Source: an uncultured Candidatus Peribacteria bacterium (lineage in GTDB: Bacteria > Patescibacteriota > Gracilibacteria > BD1-5 > JAGOOR01). Taken from it: DNA of 64,000 bases. The translations under genes were made by a program, and so were the position numbers. The notes beneath the pieces are model-generated. The model made no database searches. It saw only the letters and a program-made list of their open reading frames with translations, and was not told where the DNA came from. The stretch spans positions 883,621 through 947,620 of the forward strand of contig OZ246415.1 of the NCBI GenBank assembly GCA_965231115.1, given 5' to 3'. This document shows, one piece after another, positions 58,326-64,000 of the stretch (position 1 is the stretch's first letter; each line of letters starts with the position of its first letter).

Positions 58326-59741
58326 ATGTACTCTCTTACCGCATTTAAACCCTACGATATCCGTGGCGTCTGGCAGACAGAAATCGATGAAAAACTCGGC
58401 CGTATCATGGGATACGCTCTCGGACTCCATCTCATCGAAAAATATACTACACCAAAGATTCTGATTAGTTCTGATGTACGAGAAGCGAATATGCTCTTTA
58501 TCGATGAATTTCTCCGTGGTATGAAAACTGCTGGAGTAGCTGAAGTAACGGTTATTGGACAAGGTCCATCAATCACATGATATAGCTACGGGGTCTGTTC
58601 AACACCGATGGCTTATTATGCCGCTATTGATACATTTGACTGCGCTTGTATCTTCACCGCATCGCACAATCCGAGTGAATACGTCGGTATCAAAATCGTC
58701 GATAATAAATGTCTCTCAATCAAATCAAATGATTTACGAAGCATGTTTGAACAACATGAGCACGATACGATAGAAGGCTCTGCATTTCCAGAATTGAAAC
58801 CATATAATGATACACGCATCACGTCTCTCCTGACTGATTTAAAAACAAAATTTCAAACACTCAAAAAAATACCAAAGATAACAATTGACTACAGCCATGG
58901 AGCAGCGACACATTTTGAACAAGCATTTTTACGAGAAATACTCGGAGATACAGCAACACATATATTTACGACACCAGATGGATCCTTCCCTGCACACGAG
59001 ACAGATACTTCTCGATTTGCGAGCTATGAAAAACTCATAGCAGAGATACAGAAAAATGGCAGTGATTTTGGTTTTATATTTGATGGTGACGCTGATAGAT
59101 TTGGTATGGTTATCCCCGATGGTACCGTCGTCACGGGTGACATACTCCTCTCCATCATCGGCAAACAACTCCTCACTGATGGAACCGCAGAACGACTTGG
59201 GACAAAAGTAATATTTCAAGAAGTATTCTGTGGCCGTATCGTCGGTGACGTCGTAAAAAAGCACGGTGGCACTCTCCGTATGACTCGGGTCGGTCGCGAA
59301 GCGTTTGTCCGAGAAGTCATAGAAGCGAATGGTCTTCTCGCTGGTGAGGTATCGACGCATCTCCTTTTCAAAGAATACGGAACAATAGAGATGCCTCTCG
59401 CAGGACTCTATTACCTCCTCAAGGTCCTCGAAAATTATGATAATGCAGCCTCGATGATCGCCGAGTACAATACCTATGCTCGTGGACAAGTATTTCAATT
59501 CAAAACAGAAAAAAAAGATGAAATCATTGACGCAATAAAAGAAAAATACAAAGCGTACGAACAAATAACGCTTGATGGGATAAGAATAGAAGCTCCTGAC
59601 TACTGGTTTTGTGTGAGAAAATCAAATACTGAACCTCTCCTCAAAGTAGCTCTCGAAGGGAAAGACAAAACGATGTACGATAACATACTACGAGAACTCC
59701 GTGAATTCTTCACAGCATTTGGCGCGACAGAAAAACTCTAA
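58326..59741 (+). CDS. phosphomannomutase/phosphoglucomutase
   Basis: TASHNPSEYVGIK phosphoserine loop and FDGDADR metal loop. Track ORFs 58326..58580 and 58608..59741 are in frame through TGA. Confidence 0.85.
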
Positions 59742-59747
59742 AAAACT

Positions 59748-60755
59748 ATGCTCGCCCTCTTTTTCCTTATTCTATTTTCGGCAAATGTATGGCTCTGATG
59801 GGCATTGTGATCATGGATGGGCATAGGAGCATTTTTGTTATTTATACCAGTTTCCATTCTGATTACTATCGGCGGAGGTATAGCTCTCGGACTCGTAGGG
59901 ATGATTTTTGGGAAGCACGATGATAGAGCTCAGGGTAAGAGATTTTTGAGAAGCTTTCTCCGTGGTTGGGCATGGCTTGTGGGACTATTGTGGCTCACTC
60001 CTTGGCTTCTCTTTGGAGCGATCGGATTTTCAAACACATTCATACCAGCTACACTCCCACGAATCACTCTCTCCAATGGTGAAAAAACAGTGGTATTTCA
60101 ATCCATGATGCATATAGCCTCACCAGACTTCTATACAGACGTACGGAACGATATGCAAAAACTCGAGAAAGAAGACTATGTATTTTTCTACGAAGGGGTC
60201 AAATCAGGCTCACCAGAAAGCCTCGCAAAACTCTCTCGATTCATGGGTACTACGGTATCACCAGAAATGTATGATGTACTCGCAGAAGTCGCAGGGTTAA
60301 CATTTCAGGGAGACGAGAGTTTTACAGGCATAATCCCCAGCACAAATGTCGACCTTACGACTGACGAGATAGTGAAACTCGCAGAAAAAAATGCAACTGG
60401 TTTCCCTGTGGAAAAAGAAGCTGATTTTATAAATATACTCAAAAAATATTATCCTGATTTCACGCCTCTGCAAAAAAAGATAAGCATCATCCTCGCTCGC
60501 GGTATCATGAATATGCTCCTACGAACTTATACAGACCCTGCTCTCGCGCAGGGCATGAAGGATACAATTCCAATTTTTAATATCATACTCGATGAACGAA
60601 ATAAGCATCTAGCTGAAGCAATAGAAACGTCTCCAAATCAACACATCTACATACACTATGGCGCGCTCCATTATGCAGGAGTTCTCAAGCTCCTACAAGA
60701 AAAAGACCTCAGATGGAAAGAAGTTTCCAGAGTGAGTTTTCAGGTTGTACGATAA
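59748..60755 (+). CDS. membrane protein, possibly TraB/GumN-like
   Basis: ATG 59748 is in frame with track ORF 59817..60755 through two TGA. Three N-terminal TM segments. The family resemblance is weak. Confidence 0.45.
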
Positions 60756-60784
60756 ATTTGTACAAATTATATTCCATACATATA

Positions 60785-61102
60785 ATGACGCTTATGAAAA
60801 AGAAACTGCAAACCTCTCTCTACATCACACTCGGAACACTCTCGCTCATAGGTGGTATGGTATTTTCATGATACAACCGAGATGGAGTAGAGTGAATACC
60901 TGGAGCAAAGAATCTCCTCTCTCAGAGCGTCCCTGATGCTCCACAAAACATCATCTCAAATGAAGTTACTCCTGTAGATATCGAAAAAGTAACCGCTCGA
61001 ATCAAACAACTCGAATCCGAGATACTCAAAGAAACAAATGATCCTGAACGCGATCTGCGCCTCCGTTCAGAGCTTCAATCTCTCCGAGACCAACTCAAAT
61101 AA
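60785..61102 (+). CDS. small N-terminally anchored coiled-coil protein (105 aa)
   Basis: ATG 60785 to TAA 61100 with TGA read as Gly. Has a TM segment, followed by a terminator. Confidence 0.4.
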
Positions 61103-61113
61103 ATATTCAGCAT

Positions 61114-61142
61114 AAAAAAACAGGAGTAAATCCTGTTTTTTT
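61114..61142. terminator. bidirectional hairpin terminator (copy A of an inverted pair)
   Basis: A-run, acagga-gtaaa-tcctgt hairpin, then T-run. Confidence 0.65.
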
Positions 61143-61159
61143 ATACATGTGATAATGAA

Positions 61160-62605
61160 TTATCGTTTTTGTCGTTTATAGGTAACAAACCAACCTATAC
61201 CAGCTGCGATAACAAGAAGTGCGAAAAAGATATCAACTGGGCCAGTAGCTGGAGTTCCTGCCTGACAAATATTACTACAACGATCACCACTGAAATTATT
61301 TCCGTCGTCACATTCCTCTCCACGTTCGAGGATACCATTTCCGCAAGTAGAACCAGCGAAACGACAGTATCGGTCACATGAATCACCAGAAAATGTATTT
61401 CCATCATCACACTGCTCCCCTCGCTCGATGACACCATTTCCACAGACAGCACCGACATCGACGATAGTCCTACAAGAGTTTGACTGATCGCGGGCATCAG
61501 GGTAACAATGCACTGTATAGCGACCTACCTGACTAAATGAGTATGGAGTATTTGTTGATTCAAATGTCCCCATTACTGTATTGCTTTTTGTAATAGCTAT
61601 GACAGTTCTTCCTTGTGGCTGTCCAGAACAGAGAATAGATGTATTGAGGGGCGCACTACCGTAGCTATCGAGTACTTGCACGTGACACTTTGGATTGATG
61701 ATATTCACTGTACAGTTATTTGCACAGTTATCACCATTATTTGAATTCCCGTCATCACACTGTTCATTTCCTTCACGGAGACCATTTCCACAGGTAGGCC
61801 CCTGGGGTGGTATAACCTGAGGAAAGCGACAGTTATTCATACAAGTATCATTGTTGTTTGCATTACCATCATCACATTGTTCATCATTTTCACGTGTACC
61901 ATTTCCACAGAGAGCAGAAGTACAACTATTCGAACATGCATCATAATTATTTGTATTTCCATCATCACACTGCTCTACGCCTTCACGAACACCATTTCCA
62001 CAGACAGGATAACGACATGCCGAAGTACAGCTATCATTGTTATCGAGATTGCCATCATCACATTGTTCACTCGCTTCTCTGATACCGTTTCCACAAGTAA
62101 CTACCTGAGGAGCCGCGGCATAGAAAAAACCACACTCAAGATGACTCACTTCTGTTCCAGGAACATTTGTATTATTTTCTCGAATAGAAGATTTCGTCGA
62201 ATATTTGATAACATAGACTGGGTTCGCGTAGTTTGTATTTGAAGGAATACTTCCTTTTGTTACAGCACTGCTTGATTTCATTTTCGCCCAAATCCATGCG
62301 CTCTGACCATTTCAAATATTCGTGATATCAAAGAGATTTGTAATGTTACCCGTTGGGGAAACACTCGCTCACTGAAATGTCTCACCAGTAATAGTACTCT
62401 GTGTGATGATTTCTTGCTGAGCTGATGTGAGTCCGCTACGAGGAACAAAGATATCTTGAGGTCTATTGGAACCCGCAAGATCAAAGTGGAAACACTGGCC
62501 ACAGCCAGCTCCACCAGGTACACTCGAACAACTCACTGAATAAGCTGATACAAAAAGCGGAAAAGCTGATATCAGAGTGAGAAAAATGAGAGACAAACGT
62601 CGCAT
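61160..62605 (-). CDS. secreted, C-terminally anchored protein with six Cys-rich CGNG..E.CDDGN repeats (481 aa)
   Basis: Track ORFs 62369..62605 (signal peptide MRRLSLIFLTLISAFPLFVSA) and 61160..62281 are in frame through two TGA. Six repeats of CGNGxxExxEQCDDGNxxxxDxCxxxC. C-terminal TPATGPVD plus TM plus KRQKR. Confidence 0.75.
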
Positions 62606-62722
62606 AAATATGGGATTACTGTACTACAATACCACTCTTTTTTATGAGGGTCAAATAACTCGAGAGAAAATACAGTAGACAAATAGTTTTTTTTTCATAT
62701 AGTCACGCCACGTTGATTCAAC

Positions 62723-62798
62723 GGGAACGTAGCTCAATTGGTAGAGCAGCACCCTTTTAAGGTGATGGTCCTGGGTTCAATTCCCAGCGTTCCCACCA
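62723..62798 (+). tRNA. tRNA-Lys (anticodon TTT)
   Basis: GGGAACG/CGTTCCC acceptor, GCTCAATTGGTAGAGC D-arm, CTTTTAA loop, GGGTTCAATTCCCAG T-arm and encoded CCA. Confidence 0.85.
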
Positions 62799-62856
62799 AA
62801 TTTTAATCCACAATTGAACCCAATTGCCACTCAGAGTACCATTCAGGTACTCTTCC

Positions 62857-62880
62857 GGTTCAATTCCCAGCGTTCCCACC
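62857..62880 (+). repeat. 24-bp direct repeat of the tRNA-Lys 3' end
   Basis: ggttcaattcccagcgttcccacc is identical to 62774-62797. No matching 5' half, so this is not a tRNA. Confidence 0.85.
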
Positions 62881-62926
62881 GGAGAAATGCCTCAATGGCA
62901 TTTCGAGTACTTCGACCTAAGAAAAA

Positions 62927-62954
62927 GAAAAACAGGATTTACTCCTGTTTTTTT
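62927..62954. terminator. hairpin terminator (copy B, reverse complement of copy A)
   Basis: acagga-tttac-tcctgt hairpin with a T-run. 27 nt are identical to the reverse complement of 61116-61142. Overlaps the PBP stop codon. Confidence 0.65.
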
Positions 62955-64000
62955 GTGCCTTCTGGAATCTTGGGAGCAGTATTGAGGAGACCTTCCATAT
63001 CTATCTTCCCCTCTCCTGGTGGTATACCATAGTACTGAAAGAGAAATGTCGCTATATCTTTGAATGTTTTCGCAGAAGAAAACTCCGCATACTGAGTACT
63101 TCTCGGACGATCAAATCTCACGAGGATGACAAATTTTGGATTTCCAGAAGGACCAAAACCAGCGTATGATGTATTTGTACGACCATTTTCGCCCCGTTCA
63201 AAGCCTCCTTTGCTACTCGCAATCTGTGAAGTACCTGTCTTACCACCGAGATAATATCATGGGACTCATCCTGCTTTAGCGAAACCTTGTCTCGCTGATT
63301 CAGTAAGCATCGCCACAATTTTTTGAGAAGTCGTCGTACTGATGACACGACGTACAGGAATAGGCTCTGTATCAACCGTATCGCCATCAGGATAGACACG
63401 CTTTTGAACAATATAAGGTTGCATATAGACACCACCATTGGCGAGTGCAGAATATGCGGCAGCCATCTGTATGAGGTTCACTTGGATACCTTGGCCGAAT
63501 GTCATAGTAAAGAGTTTTGCTTTTGGCCATTTCTCATAGGCTTCGAGAGAGCCAGTATGCTCACCATCGAGAGTAATGCCGGTGATATCACCGAGACCAA
63601 ATTTTTTGAGATATTCATAGAAAAGTGGCTTCCCTACTCTCTGTACGATATTGATCATACCGACGTTACAACTGAAATCGACTGCATTTCGAAATGTATG
63701 CCATCCCTGACAGTGATTGTTATCGAGGTTGCTGATTTTAAATTCATCAATTTTTACAGAACCTCTATCCTCATACATCATATCTGGTTCTATCTCACCA
63801 GAATCCAGACCGATAGCCGTCGTGAGTCATTTAAAGATACTACCAGGCTCATACGGTGCAGTGATGGGGATATCTTGATGCCCCATAAGTCCTACTCCAT
63901 TTTCATACACATAGAGTTTTTTCGTAGGATCAGCGAGGGCCAGAAGCATGAGGTCTTCATCATGGAGCTCATCGACCGTGATAAGACGATTTTCAAAAAC
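62939..64000 (-). CDS. penicillin-binding protein transpeptidase domain (partial; 5' end beyond the window)
   Basis: EPGSIFK (SxxK) and KTGT motifs. Track ORFs 63266..63781 and 62939..63121 are in frame through TGA. The frame is open to the window edge. Confidence 0.8.

Noticed and set aside
62799-62880. A possible second tRNA downstream of tRNA-Lys.
   Set aside because: Only the T-arm and the acceptor 3' strand are duplicated. There is no complementary 5' acceptor strand, D-arm or 7-nt anticodon loop.

Overview
This 64-kb window comes from a compact, roughly 40% GC bacterial genome that only makes sense under genetic code 25 (UGA = Gly). That code is used by Gracilibacteria and Absconditabacteria (CPR/Patescibacteria). 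In-frame TGA falls on invariant glycines of many unrelated conserved proteins: the K+ channel TTI-G-YGD filter, MscL, the SufS GHHC motif, Tgt, the ProC GxGxxG motif, the residue before RecJ DYDVDG, EF-G, and a CPxCG zinc ribbon. The standard-code ORF track therefore fragments or misses many genes. Reading TGA as Gly, I reconstruct 59 CDS, 1 probable gene remnant and 6 tRNAs, with almost no intergenic space. Convergent genes repeatedly share a TTAA stop overlap. Most content is housekeeping: proCAB, mnmA, uvrC, dnaX, recJ, fusA, tgt, sufS, sufB, pyrG, trxA, folD, a PMM/PGM-type mutase and a PBP. There are also ion channels and secreted or surface proteins. The most unusual part is a visibly lower-GC, extremely TGA-rich block (about 40.5-47.9 kb) that looks like an ORF desert in the standard code. 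It encodes a tight four-gene minus-strand operon: a tyrosyl-tRNA synthetase with an unassigned N-terminal extension of about 435 aa, an Asp/Glu-type racemase, a divergent prephenate dehydratase-ACT protein, and an APH-like kinase. This operon is divergently paired with a fusion of a GHMP-kinase-like domain to an OmpR-type winged helix. A perfect 10-bp inverted repeat lies in the shared intergenic region. Other points are listed under findings. They include a SIR2/DUF4917-like gene remnant next to a noncoding segment with mutually exclusive pairings. They also include a 24-bp duplication of the tRNA-Lys 3' end and identical inverted terminators bracketing a Cys-rich-repeat surface protein gene. 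Family assignments rest on motifs I recognised by eye. No searches were run.
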